This document shows positions 18,074-29,256 of a DNA stretch of 64,000 nucleotides, piece by piece; position 1 is the stretch's first letter, and each line of letters opens with the position of its first letter. A program made the translations under genes and the position numbers. The notes under the pieces are model-generated. The model did no database searches. It was given only the letters and a program-made list of their open reading frames with translations, and had not been told where the DNA came from. Source of the stretch: Flavobacteriales bacterium (GTDB lineage: Bacteria > Bacteroidota > Bacteroidia > Flavobacteriales > UBA7312); assembly GCA_037625715.1 (NCBI GenBank), contig JASJHQ010000078.1:3550-67549 (forward strand). The letters are read 5' to 3'.

Positions 18074-20380
18074 TTATTTCTTTTGGGCTTCGCCAAGAGT
18101 TAAGCAATCTTCTCTGCTTAAACTTTTAGGATCAGTACCTTTTGGAATTTTAACATTCTTTTTGTTTTTCCTAGCGCCTTCACCAATCTGGATAAAAGGA
18201 CCATATCTTCCATTTAAAACCTGAACCAATGGAGTTCCTTCAAAACGATTTATAGTTTTTTCTGCTTCCGCTTTTCTATGAGCTAATATTAATTCAATCG
18301 ATCTATCGATTTCAATAGTCATTGGCTCATCTCCGTCGTCTTTCTTGATAGAAACAAATTTTCCTTTGTGTCTAAGATATGGGCCAAATCTTCCGATTGC
18401 AGCCACAACATCTTCTTCTTCAAATACTCCAACAGTCCTTGGCAACTTATACAATTCTAAAGCTTCTTCTAGAGTGATATCAGTAATACTTTGAGTTGAC
18501 AACAATGAAGCAAACCTTGGTTTCACCTCTTCCGAGCCTTCCCCTATTTGAGCCATAGGGCCAAAACGACCTATCCTAACATATACATTTTCATCTGTCT
18601 TAGGGTCTTTTCCTAATAACCTTTGACCTTTAGCAGATTCTGAATTATCAATTACATCATTTACTTTAGCAACAAAAGGACCATAAAACTGACCAATCAT
18701 GTCATTCCACTTCTTCTCTCCGTTAGCAATAAGGTCAAATTCTTTCTCTACATCAGCAGTAAAACTATAATCCATTACTCCTTCAAAATTTTCTAGCAAG
18801 AAGTTTGTAACTACAATTCCGATATCAGTAGGAAGCATTTTAGATTTATCAGATCCTGATTTTTCTTTCTTGCTAACTTCTTCAATTTGAGAATCGTCTA
18901 GTGTTAATACAGAATAAGCTCTCTCAACCCCTTCACTTTGACCTTTTTCAACATAACCTCTATTCTGAACAGTTGTAATAGTTGCAGCATAGGTAGAAGG
19001 GCGTCCGATACCAAGTTCTTCCAATTTCTTCACCAAACTAGCCTCTGTAAATCTTGCTTTTGGCTTAGAAAAACGTTCCGTAGCAGTAATAACCTTTCTG
19101 CTTAACTGATCTCCTTCTTCTAACTTAGGCAGCATTCCACTTTGCTCTTCTCCTTCTTCATCTACTCCTTCCAAATAAACTTTGAGGAATCCTTCAAACT
19201 TTATCATTTCACCTTTAGCAACCAATTTATGCTCGCTTTCGGAAACTATAATTTCTGCAGTAGTTCTTTCTAATTGAGCATCTGCCATTTGAGAAGAAAT
19301 AGTTCTTTTCCAAATTAAATCGTAAAGTCTTTGATTATTTCTTTCGCCTTCAACAGTAGCATGTACTAAATCAGTAGGTCGGATTGCTTCGTGAGCTTCT
19401 TGAGCACCTTTTGACTTAGTGGTGTATTTCCTTACTTGTGCGTATTCTTCTCCATATAATTTTGAGATCTGTTCGCCAGCAGCTTTAACAGCAGTGTCAG
19501 ACAAGTTCATACTATCGGTTCTCATGTATGTAATCTTACCTGCTTCGTAAAGCTTTTGAGCAACACTCATGGTTTGCCCTACAGAAAAACCTAATTTTCT
19601 AGACGCCTCTTGCTGAAGCGTTGATGTAGTAAAAGGAGCTGCTGGAGATTTTTTAGCAGGCTTCTTCTGCATAGAAGAAATATGAAATTCTGATTTAGAA
19701 CAAACAGTTAGAAAATCTTTAGCTTCTTCCTTAGTTTTGAATCTTTTAGGCAATTCGGCCTTAAATATTTTTTTGTCTTTAGAATAAAACTCTGCTACTA
19801 TTTTATAATCTGAGCTGGCAAGAAAGCCTCTTATTTCATTTTCTCTCTCCACAATCAATCTAACAGCAACAGACTGAACTCTACCAGCAGACAAGCCTTG
19901 TTTTACTTTACGCCATAAAACTGGAGAAAGCTCAAAACCAACTAATCTATCTAGTACCCTTCTAGCTTGTTGAGCGTTTACTAGCTGAATATCCAATTCT
20001 CTTGGATTATCTACTGCTTTTGTTATTGCAGCTTTAGTAATTTCATTAAAAACAATTCTTTTGATCTTAGACTCATCTAACTTTAAAGCTTCAATTAAGT
20101 GCCAAGCAATAGCTTCTCCCTCACGGTCCTCATCCGTCGCTAGCCATACAGTTTCTGATTTATCTGATAATTTCTTCAATTCTGAAACTACTGCCTTTTT
20201 ATCTGGAGTTATTTCATATCTAGGCTCGAAACCATTATCAACATCAATAGCCATCCCACCTTTTTTAGGTAAATCACGGATGTGACCAATACTAGATTTT
20301 ACAATAAAGTCTTTACCAAGAAAGCCTTCGATTGTTTTTGCTTTAGCTGGTGACTCAACAATTACTAAATTTTTAGCCAT
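18074..20380 (-). CDS. topA: DNA topoisomerase I
   Basis: 768 aa. Toprim N-terminus MAKNLVIVESPAKAKTIEGFLG..., the active-site region YMRTDS, and C-terminal repeats of the GRFGPY type. Confidence 0.95.
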   Translation of the reverse strand: MAKNLVIVESPAKAKTIEGFLGKDFIVKSSIGHIRDLPKKGGMAIDVDNGFEPRYEITPDKKAVVSELKKLSDKSETVWLATDEDREGEAIAWHLIEALKLDESKIKRIVFNEITKAAITKAVDNPRELDIQLVNAQQARRVLDRLVGFELSPVLWRKVKQGLSAGRVQSVAVRLIVERENEIRGFLASSDYKIVAEFYSKDKKIFKAELPKRFKTKEEAKDFLTVCSKSEFHISSMQKKPAKKSPAAPFTTSTLQQEASRKLGFSVGQTMSVAQKLYEAGKITYMRTDSMNLSDTAVKAAGEQISKLYGEEYAQVRKYTTKSKGAQEAHEAIRPTDLVHATVEGERNNQRLYDLIWKRTISSQMADAQLERTTAEIIVSESEHKLVAKGEMIKFEGFLKVYLEGVDEEGEEQSGMLPKLEEGDQLSRKVITATERFSKPKARFTEASLVKKLEELGIGRPSTYAATITTVQNRGYVEKGQSEGVERAYSVLTLDDSQIEEVSKKEKSGSDKSKMLPTDIGIVVTNFLLENFEGVMDYSFTADVEKEFDLIANGEKKWNDMIGQFYGPFVAKVNDVIDNSESAKGQRLLGKDPKTDENVYVRIGRFGPMAQIGEGSEEVKPRFASLLSTQSITDITLEEALELYKLPRTVGVFEEEDVVAAIGRFGPYLRHKGKFVSIKKDDGDEPMTIEIDRSIELILAHRKAEAEKTINRFEGTPLVQVLNGRYGPFIQIGEGARKNKKNVKIPKGTDPKSLSREDCLTLGEAQKK

Positions 20381-20410
20381 AAGTTTACTTTATTAAATGA
20401 AATTGAGCCG

Positions 20411-20418
20411 CAAATATA
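20411..20418 (-). promoter_or_regulatory. Candidate -7 promoter box (TATATTTG) for topA
   Basis: Minus-strand TATATTTG matches TAnnTTTG, 31 nt upstream of the topA ATG in the divergent 182-bp spacer. Confidence 0.35.
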
Positions 20419-20538
20419 AAACAATCTAATTCTAATTTATATACCACTTACTAATCCAAACTTAGATTTTTTTGCTTATATTATTTTATAATATAAATTT
20501 TACAAAAAAAAATATTTCTGCCAATATGTCAGATTTCA

Positions 20539-20546
20539 TACATTTG
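20539..20546 (+). promoter_or_regulatory. Candidate -7 promoter box (TACATTTG) for miaB operon
   Basis: TACATTTG matches TAnnTTTG, 17 nt upstream of the miaB ATG. Confidence 0.4.
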
Positions 20547-20562
20547 CAATTATTTATAAAAA

Positions 20563-22014
20563 ATGAGCATAGAGAGTAAAGACAAAATAATTTCTGAAGA
20601 AAGACAAGGCGAAACAATTCAAAATGTTGGCAAAAGTAGTGGCAAGAAAATGTATATCGAAAGCTATGGCTGTCAAATGAACTTTTCCGACAGTGAAATA
20701 GTTGCCTCTATTTTACAGAAGGATGGGTTTTCGTCAACTCCAAATCTTGAAGATGCAGATATCGTTTTAGTAAATACTTGCTCCATAAGAGAAAAGGCAG
20801 AAACCACTGTAAGAAATAGATTAAAGGTTTATAATGCAATTAAAAGAACACAAAACCCTAAAATGATGGTAGGTGTTTTAGGCTGCATGGCAGAACGATT
20901 AAAAGAAAAATTTCTTGAAGAAGAAAAATTAGTTGATATAGTTGTAGGGCCAGATGCATACCGAGATCTACCAAACTTAATTGACGAAGTAAATGATGGA
21001 AGAAAAGCAGTAAATGTAATTCTGTCAAAAGAAGAAACTTACGCAGAAATCAGTCCTGTTAGACTTGGTGGAAACGGAATAACCGCTTTTGTATCAATAA
21101 TGAGAGGTTGCGATAACATGTGCACTTTTTGTGTTGTCCCATTTACTAGAGGGAGAGAGAGAAGCAGAGACCCTAAAAGCATACTAAACGAATGTTTAGA
21201 CTTAGTTAAAAATGGATACAAAGAGGTAACTCTTTTAGGCCAAAATGTAGATTCTTACTTATGGTCTGGAGGAGGACTTAAAAAAGATTTCGAAAAGCTC
21301 AGTATAGAAGAAAAAGACAAAAGCGTAAATTTCTCTCAGCTATTAGATCTAGTCGCTCAAGTCGATCCTAGTTTAAGAATTCGATTCTCCACTTCTCATC
21401 CAAAAGACATGAATGATGACGTTATTCACGTAATGGCTAAACACGAAAATATATGTGACCATGTTCACTTACCAGTTCAGTCAGGTAATAGTAGAATATT
21501 GGAAATGATGAATAGAGGATATACTAGAGAGTGGTATATTAACAGAATTGAATCTATTAGAAAAATTATTCCAAATTGTGGTATTTCAATGGATATCATT
21601 TCTGGATTTTGCTCTGAAACAGAACAAGACCATAAAGACACATTGAGCTTAATGGAAGAGGTAAAGTATGACTTCGGATATATGTTTAGCTATTCCGAAC
21701 GACCAAACACACAAGCACAGAGAAAGTTTGAAGATGATGTAAGTGTAGAAATTAAAAAAGTAAGATTACAAGAAATTGTTGATCTTCAAAGAAAACACTC
21801 AAAAATTAGAGTAGAAACACGTCTTAATAAAACACACAAAGTTTTAGTAGAAGGATTTTCTAAAAAATCAAAAGAGCATTTATACGGAAGAACAACGTTT
21901 AATACGGTAGTTGTCTTTCCAAAAGAAAATTACAAGCCAGGTGACTATGTGTTAGTTAAAGCGAATACATGTACCTCAGCAACTCTTATTGGTAAAGCAG
22001 TAAAATTAGCATGA
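20563..22014 (+). CDS. miaB: tRNA-2-methylthio-N6-dimethylallyladenosine synthase (radical SAM methylthiotransferase)
   Basis: 483 aa. UPF0004 N-domain ([10 protein letters not shown]), radical-SAM cluster motif [12 protein letters not shown], and a C-terminal TRAM domain. Confidence 0.95.
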   Translation: MSIESKDKIISEERQGETIQNVGKSSGKKMYIESYGCQMNFSDSEIVASILQKDGFSSTPNLEDADIVLVNTCSIREKAETTVRNRLKVYNAIKRTQNPKMMVGVLGCMAERLKEKFLEEEKLVDIVVGPDAYRDLPNLIDEVNDGRKAVNVILSKEETYAEISPVRLGGNGITAFVSIMRGCDNMCTFCVVPFTRGRERSRDPKSILNECLDLVKNGYKEVTLLGQNVDSYLWSGGGLKKDFEKLSIEEKDKSVNFSQLLDLVAQVDPSLRIRFSTSHPKDMNDDVIHVMAKHENICDHVHLPVQSGNSRILEMMNRGYTREWYINRIESIRKIIPNCGISMDIISGFCSETEQDHKDTLSLMEEVKYDFGYMFSYSERPNTQAQRKFEDDVSVEIKKVRLQEIVDLQRKHSKIRVETRLNKTHKVLVEGFSKKSKEHLYGRTTFNTVVVFPKENYKPGDYVLVKANTCTSATLIGKAVKLA

Positions 22015-23195
22015 TAAATCATCACGAAATAAAAAGAAGATTTGGCATCATAGGCACATCTAATAAGCTAGATCGAGCTATCGAAACTGCTTTACAGATT
22101 GCTACAACAGACTTATCTATCTTAATTACTGGAGAAAGCGGAACTGGAAAAGAGGCTATGCCTAAAATCATTCATGAAGGAAGCCAAAGGAAACACAATA
22201 AATACATTGCGGTAAATTGTGGGGCTATACCTGAAGGAACTATTGATTCCGAATTATTCGGACACGAAAAAGGCGCTTTTACAGGTGCTAGCGAACAAAG
22301 AAAAGGATATTTTGAATATGCCGACAATGGAACTATCTTTTTAGATGAAGTTGGTGAATTACCATTAAGTACCCAAGTTCGATTACTTAGAGTATTAGAA
22401 ACTGGAGAATTTATGAAGGTAGGTTCAAGTGAAATTAAAAAAGTGAATGTTAGAGTAGTAGCTGCAACCAATGTAGACATGGAAAAAGCTATTGCAAAAG
22501 GCAAATTTAGAGAAGACTTATACTATCGACTTAATACAGTTAGTATAAAAATTCCTTCATTAAGAGAGAGAAAAGAAGATGTCCATTTGTTATTTCGTAA
22601 ATTTTGTGCTGACTTTGGGGATAGATACCACCTTCCATCTATTAGACTTGAAGAGGATGCTGTTAAACTTTTAGAGAGCTACAGCTGGCCAGGAAACATT
22701 CGTCAACTAAAGAATCTTGCTGAGCAAATATCAGCTATTGAAAAAGATAGATCGATTTCTTCACAGACAATATCCAAGTACATACCGAAGCAAAATAACT
22801 CACCTATTCTTTTTAAGCAGGAAGATAAAGACGGAGATTTTTCAGAAAGAGAAATCTTGTATAAAGTGCTTTTTGACATGAAGAATGATCTAAATCAATT
22901 AAAAAAAGTCACTAACAATCTGATAAACGGTAATAGTCCTATAGTTCAAAAAGATAGCAATATAATGGACGAAGAAATTAATAAAACTAGTATTGTACAG
23001 AAATCTATCACGTATCAAAACGAACAGCTAGAATTAAAACAAGAAAATGAAACAATTTTCACCTTGCAAGATCACGAAATAAAAATGATCAAAGAATCGT
23101 TGCTAAGACACCAAGGAAGAAGAAAGGATGCTGCTGATGAATTAGGAATTTCAGAAAGAACCTTATACCGTAAAATAAAAGAGTATAAATTATGA
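22011..23195 (+). CDS. Sigma-54-dependent transcriptional activator (AAA+ EBP with Fis-type HTH, no N-terminal sensory domain)
   Basis: 394 aa. Walker A GESGTGKE near residue 41, the sigma-54 contact loop GAFTGA, Walker [10 protein letters not shown], and the C-terminal [26 protein letters not shown] overlaps with both miaB and lptE. Confidence 0.9.
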   Translation: MINHHEIKRRFGIIGTSNKLDRAIETALQIATTDLSILITGESGTGKEAMPKIIHEGSQRKHNKYIAVNCGAIPEGTIDSELFGHEKGAFTGASEQRKGYFEYADNGTIFLDEVGELPLSTQVRLLRVLETGEFMKVGSSEIKKVNVRVVAATNVDMEKAIAKGKFREDLYYRLNTVSIKIPSLRERKEDVHLLFRKFCADFGDRYHLPSIRLEEDAVKLLESYSWPGNIRQLKNLAEQISAIEKDRSISSQTISKYIPKQNNSPILFKQEDKDGDFSEREILYKVLFDMKNDLNQLKKVTNNLINGNSPIVQKDSNIMDEEINKTSIVQKSITYQNEQLELKQENETIFTLQDHEIKMIKESLLRHQGRRKDAADELGISERTLYRKIKEYKL

Positions 23196-23689
23196 AAATA
23201 ACATCCTACTTTTTCTTATTATTTATTGTTCTTCAATCGTGTGGAATATATTCTTTTACAGGAGCTTCTATTTCAAGCGAAATAAACTCTGTAAGTGTTT
23301 CAAACTTTAGTGTTTTAGCGCCTTCATCCCCGCCAGTTTTGAGCAACTTATTAAGCGAAACTCTTAAAGACAAATTTAACGACGAAACTAGTTTGTCTAT
23401 TTTCTCCAACAATGGCGATTTACAATTTGAAGGTGAAGTTACCTCCTACAGTCTAAAACCAATTGCGATACAAGCAGATGAAACAGCTGCTCAAAACAGA
23501 CTGACGATTACTGTAAAAGTAAAATACACCAATACAAAAGACGACGAATTTAACTACCACGCTAATTTCTCAAGATTCAGAGACTATTCAAGTACTCAAG
23601 AATTATCGTCAGTAGAACAACAATTATTAGAAGAAATAGCCCAAGAACTAGTAGAGGATATTTTCAATAAAGCTTTAACAAATTGGTAA
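23192..23689 (+). CDS. lptE: LPS-assembly lipoprotein LptE family
   Basis: 165 aa. Lipoprotein signal ..LQSCGIYSFTGAS, typical of Bacteroidota LptE. The conserved position after the sigma-54 activator supports the call. Confidence 0.7.
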   Translation: MKITSYFFLLFIVLQSCGIYSFTGASISSEINSVSVSNFSVLAPSSPPVLSNLLSETLKDKFNDETSLSIFSNNGDLQFEGEVTSYSLKPIAIQADETAAQNRLTITVKVKYTNTKDDEFNYHANFSRFRDYSSTQELSSVEQQLLEEIAQELVEDIFNKALTNW

Positions 23690-24378
23690 TTTCAAAAGAA
23701 AAATATAATCAGTGGGTTTCTCATCCAGAGAAAATGGATCAATCGACTATCGATGAGCTAAAACAATTAGTAGATTTATATCCTTTTTGTCAGACAACTC
23801 AATTGTTATATGTCAAATCTCTTAGGGATAGCAATAGTATATTTTTTAATAATCAACTTAAAATCGCTGCAAGTAATTGCGGAGACAGAACAAGATTATT
23901 TCATTTAATTAGCCAACAAAAAAGAAAAGATGTTGTAGTACAAAAACCTGTAAAAAAGGTTGACAAAGAGACTGTTGAGCAAAAACTACAAATAGGAGAA
24001 CCTATCAATTTCCCTGAAAACGAAAGGCATACTTTTAACCAATGGTTACAACTCTCTAAGACTAAAACTATAAAGCCAAATAGAGCAAAAGGCAAAATAG
24101 ATGGTCAGATTGATTTAATTAATCAATTTATTGAGAAAAATCCAAGAATAAAGATGGACAAGGAAGCATTCTACTCTCCATCAGAAAATGCTAAGAAAAG
24201 TGTAGTTGAAAATCCTTCTTTTATTACCGAAACTCTTGCAAAAGTATACGTAGAACAAGGACTATATAGCAAAGCCAAAGAAGCTTATTTAAAACTAAGC
24301 TTGAAATATCCCCAAAAAAGTTCTTTATTTGCAACCCAAATTGAATTAATTAATAAGCTTGCGCTTAAAACGAAATAA
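23683..24378 (+). CDS. Hypothetical protein (C-terminal TPR-like helix pair)
   Basis: 231-aa ORF. The track start is TTG at 23683, overlapping the lptE stop. The first ATG is at 23734 (MDQSTIDELKQL). No recognisable catalytic motif; C-terminus YVEQGLYSKAKEAYLKLSLKYPQKS. Confidence 0.5.
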   Translation: MVISKEKYNQWVSHPEKMDQSTIDELKQLVDLYPFCQTTQLLYVKSLRDSNSIFFNNQLKIAASNCGDRTRLFHLISQQKRKDVVVQKPVKKVDKETVEQKLQIGEPINFPENERHTFNQWLQLSKTKTIKPNRAKGKIDGQIDLINQFIEKNPRIKMDKEAFYSPSENAKKSVVENPSFITETLAKVYVEQGLYSKAKEAYLKLSLKYPQKSSLFATQIELINKLALKTK

Positions 24379-24380
24379 TT

Positions 24381-24713
24381 ATGGAGTATCTATTTCCTAT
24401 CTTAATTGTAATAACTTGTATTTTATTAGTGCTAGTTGTCTTAGTACAAAACCCTAAAGGAGGAGGCTTATCAGCTGCTTTTGGTGGTGGAAACCAAGTA
24501 ATGGGAGTTAAAAAAACAGCTGACTTTTTAGAAAAAGCTACATGGTATCTTGCTATTGCTCTATTGGTTTTATCCTTATTTTCAAACGTAATTAGTTTTA
24601 GAGGTGACAATACCAATGGTGACCAATCAATTGCTAAAGAACAAATAGAAAATGCAACTATCCCTGCTCAAGCAATTCCTGATCTTCCACAAATAGAAAC
24701 ATTAGAAGAATAA
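24381..24713 (+). CDS. secG: Preprotein translocase subunit SecG
   Basis: 110 aa. Two TM helices flank the glycine-rich loop NPKGGGLSAAFGGG. Confidence 0.85.
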   Translation: MEYLFPILIVITCILLVLVVLVQNPKGGGLSAAFGGGNQVMGVKKTADFLEKATWYLAIALLVLSLFSNVISFRGDNTNGDQSIAKEQIENATIPAQAIPDLPQIETLEE

Positions 24714-24780
24714 CTGACAATTTTACCAATCATCTTACCAGTTTAAATGGTGAGTCTGAAAAAAAGTCATCTCATAATAG

Positions 24781-24820
24781 AAAAAAGCTTTATGGCACAG
24801 TTTGTGCATAAAGCTTTTTT
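24781..24820 (+). terminator. Rho-independent terminator after secG
   Basis: aaaaaaGCTTTATG-(12 nt)-CATAAAGCtttttt: an 8-bp core stem with A/T extension and a T-run. Confidence 0.55.
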
Positions 24821-24844
24821 ATTAATCAACAAAAAGTATATAAA

Positions 24845-26754
<1,910 letters not shown>

Positions 26755-26772
26755 CATTGGATTGAAACAAAT

Positions 26773-26806
26773 AAAAAAGCGATTTCTAACGAAATCGCTT
26801 TTTTTT
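26773..26806. terminator. Bidirectional rho-independent terminator between groEL and ctaA
   Basis: aaaaaaGCGATTTCtaacGAAATCGCtttttttt: an 8-bp stem and 4-nt loop, with A-run and T-run flanks serving the convergent genes. Confidence 0.75.
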
Positions 26807-26812
26807 ATGCCA

Positions 26813-27835
26813 TTAAGAGATGGATTTTAAAGATTTACTTCGAATAACCAACATGGCCATTATTCCGAAGATAATAGTAGAAAAGACTAAGTGAGCATTC
26901 TGCACATAGCCTACTAAATCAATATGGGCCAAGAAAACTCCAGAAGCTAGTTCTATAATTAAAACAACATATAGCCATCTAATAGATTTGTATTTGGCTC
27001 TTTTTTCGTTTGCATAAAAAAGAATGGTTAATAGTAGTAAAACTAACCAAGAAAAACTTCGATGAATAAAAAATGACAATCCTAAATAGCCACTCCACTC
27101 CTCTCTACCTATTCCTTGTCTGGTTAAATGATCAATCGATTCTCTAACTTGAGTACCTAAAAACATTTGATAAGCTGTAATTAAAAAACAAGCCCATAAA
27201 ATAATGTACATCCATTTTTCAAAAGGAATCTTGATTGACTGAGAAGGACTTATCAAATTAATTTGCTTAATGTGTATTGCTACTATTAACAATGCGAAAA
27301 ACAGATGAACAGTAATGGTCCACGGCACTAAATTAGAAGAAACAACAATAGAGCCAAACCAAGCCTGAAAAGCGATAAAAATCAGGTTAGAAAGGCTTAA
27401 AACAAGAAGTGTTTTGTTTTTCCTATAAAAAAAGAAAATCCAAAGAAATAAAATTAACAACGAATTTCCTGCAGCAAAACCAAACAATCTATTAATGTAT
27501 TCTGTCCAAGTTTTAACCACATTGAATGGCTCTTCTTTGGACAATTCCGGATCATTAACTAATTTTTCAGCTGTTTTGTCAAGCCCTAAAACAGAAATAT
27601 AAAAAGCAAATTTCTCTATTTTCTGTTTTCTTTTTTGAGAGAATACATCCTCATAGTTATCGGGCACCTGACTTTCTTCCGTTGGAGGAATCCACTGACC
27701 AAAACATTTTGGCCAATCAGGGCATCCCATTCCACTTCCAGTAGTTCTAACAAATGTGCCGGCACATATAACAAGGTATATGAATACTAATGCCCACCAA
27801 TTAAAACGAACGAATAATCTGGAATAGGTCTGCAT
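26813..27835 (-). CDS. ctaA: Heme A synthase (COX15/CtaA family)
   Basis: 340 aa, polytopic. N-terminal CPDWPKCFGQW motif and conserved His-containing helices. Confidence 0.85.
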   Translation of the reverse strand: MQTYSRLFVRFNWWALVFIYLVICAGTFVRTTGSGMGCPDWPKCFGQWIPPTEESQVPDNYEDVFSQKRKQKIEKFAFYISVLGLDKTAEKLVNDPELSKEEPFNVVKTWTEYINRLFGFAAGNSLLILFLWIFFFYRKNKTLLVLSLSNLIFIAFQAWFGSIVVSSNLVPWTITVHLFFALLIVAIHIKQINLISPSQSIKIPFEKWMYIILWACFLITAYQMFLGTQVRESIDHLTRQGIGREEWSGYLGLSFFIHRSFSWLVLLLLTILFYANEKRAKYKSIRWLYVVLIIELASGVFLAHIDLVGYVQNAHLVFSTIIFGIMAMLVIRSKSLKSIS

Positions 27836-27840
27836 ACAAT

Positions 27841-28212
27841 TTAGTGGGTTTGGATTTTTTCTTTTTTAATGTTTTTAATCAATTCTACTTCAACATTAGT
27901 AACAGTGTAAATACTGTCTTTGCTAGAATTAATTAAATCTATCATCGAAACTTCACTTATTAAGCTATTATCATAACTAATAGTAGCTAAAGAATTTTCG
28001 AAACTTACTTGACAATCTTTTACTCCTTCCATAGCAGAAATTTGCTCGGAAAGATAATTTGCACATCCGTGCTGGCATACCATTCCATCTATAGAAATAG
28101 TTGCAGTTGCATCAGCTTCTACAATAGTAGTCTGCTCTGTTTTCTCTTGGGTTTTATTTTGACAAGCAAACAAACCTAAGGACAAGATAAATAAGAAAAA
28201 ATAATTTTTCAT
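27841..28212 (-). CDS. Heavy-metal-associated (HMA) domain lipoprotein
   Basis: 123 aa. Lipoprotein signal LSLGLFACQN. HMA fold with metal site GMVCQHGC (CxxxC spacing). Sits 5 nt upstream of ctaA. Confidence 0.7.
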   Translation of the reverse strand: MKNYFFLFILSLGLFACQNKTQEKTEQTTIVEADATATISIDGMVCQHGCANYLSEQISAMEGVKDCQVSFENSLATISYDNSLISEVSMIDLINSSKDSIYTVTNVEVELIKNIKKEKIQTH

Positions 28213-28233
28213 TTTGGTTTTTTATATTGGTTA

Positions 28234-28241
28234 CAAAAATA
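28234..28241 (-). promoter_or_regulatory. Candidate -7 promoter box (TATTTTTG) for HMA-ctaA
   Basis: Minus-strand TATTTTTG matches TAnnTTTG, 22 nt upstream of the ATG at 28212. Confidence 0.35.
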
Positions 28242-28247
28242 GTAACA

Positions 28248-28255
28248 TATCTTTG
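28248..28255 (+). promoter_or_regulatory. Candidate -7 promoter box (TATCTTTG) for EamA transporter gene
   Basis: TATCTTTG matches TAnnTTTG, 16 nt upstream of the ATG at 28271. Confidence 0.35.
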
Positions 28256-28270
28256 CTTAAAATATTATAA

Positions 28271-29143
28271 ATGAATAATAATTCTGAAAAAATAATCAAT
28301 TATGGGCTAATGGTACTTTTAGCTCTAATTTGGGGAAGTTCATTTATTTTAATGAAAAGAGGAGTTGAAGTATTCACTTATGTGGAAGTCGCCATTTTAA
28401 GACTTGTTATTGCCTGCTTAGTTATGATTCCATTTGTTTGGAGAAAAATAATCTCTACGCCTAAAAAGCTATGGGTACCTTTATTGGTTGTTGCTATATT
28501 TGGAAATGGAATTCCGGCTTTTTTATTTACTAAAGCACAAACAGTTTTAGATAGCTCATATATTGGCATTCTAAACGCACTTGTTCCTTTATTTACATTT
28601 GTTATTGCCATATTCGTATTTAAGACAAAATGGAAAATCGTCAATCTAATAGGAATTTGTATAGGATTATTAGGAGCAGTTTGGCTCATAGCTGGAAACG
28701 GAGTGAATTTTGAAAACAGCAATTATGCATGGCTAATTATTATAGCTACCTTATGTTATGCAATTAGTCTCAATACCATAAAAAACTATTTGCAAGAAAT
28801 GAAATCTATTGATATTTCAGGATTAGCCTTTATGTTGGTAGGCCCACCTTGTTTAATAGCATTGTGTTTTACCGACTTTTTCGAAACGTTATCTATTGCT
28901 CCAAAAGCTTGGACAGCTCTAATGTACATCAGTATTCTTGCAATTTTCGGAACAGCTATTGCTTTAATTATTTTCAATCAATTAGTAAAAAGGACAAATG
29001 CTATTTTCTCTTCATCCGTAACCTATCTAATTCCCATAGTAGCAATAGCTTGGGGCATTTTTGACGGAGAAAGTATTTTAAATTCTCACTTAATAGGAGT
29101 TGCAATTATTTTCACAGGAATTTATCTAGTAAATAAGAAATAA
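28271..29143 (+). CDS. EamA/DMT-superfamily transporter
   Basis: 290 aa with 10 predicted helices in two EamA-like halves (..LALIWGSSFILMK.., ..IFGTAIALIIFNQLVK..). Confidence 0.8.
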   Translation: MNNNSEKIINYGLMVLLALIWGSSFILMKRGVEVFTYVEVAILRLVIACLVMIPFVWRKIISTPKKLWVPLLVVAIFGNGIPAFLFTKAQTVLDSSYIGILNALVPLFTFVIAIFVFKTKWKIVNLIGICIGLLGAVWLIAGNGVNFENSNYAWLIIIATLCYAISLNTIKNYLQEMKSIDISGLAFMLVGPPCLIALCFTDFFETLSIAPKAWTALMYISILAIFGTAIALIIFNQLVKRTNAIFSSSVTYLIPIVAIAWGIFDGESILNSHLIGVAIIFTGIYLVNKK

Positions 29144-29208
29144 ATATAATCGTTAAAATAAGAATAGAATATTTACAACATAAAATTTGTTAATAAATGA
29201 TAAATTCT

Positions 29209-29216
29209 TACATTTG
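29209..29216 (+). promoter_or_regulatory. Candidate -7 promoter box (TACATTTG) for rplU-rpmA
   Basis: TACATTTG matches TAnnTTTG, 41 nt upstream of the rplU ATG. A 6-bp hairpin (29221-29237) follows. Confidence 0.4.
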
Positions 29217-29256
29217 CAGCCCACTAAAAACTAGTGGTTAATAAAAATAATATTTG

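Noticed and set aside
22172-22504. 110-aa minus-strand ORF inside the sigma-54 activator gene
   Set aside because: It is antisense to the highly conserved AAA+ domain, has no recognisable motifs, and is an expected chance ORF.
24714-24844. CIRCE/HrcA operator upstream of groES
   Set aside because: I read the spacer on both strands and found nothing resembling TTAGCACTC-N9-GAGTGCTAA. The only structure is the secG terminator hairpin.
28378-28722. 114-aa minus-strand ORF, plus 28786-28977 and 28849-29064, within the EamA transporter gene
   Set aside because: These overlap a coherent 10-TM transporter ORF and have no independent support.
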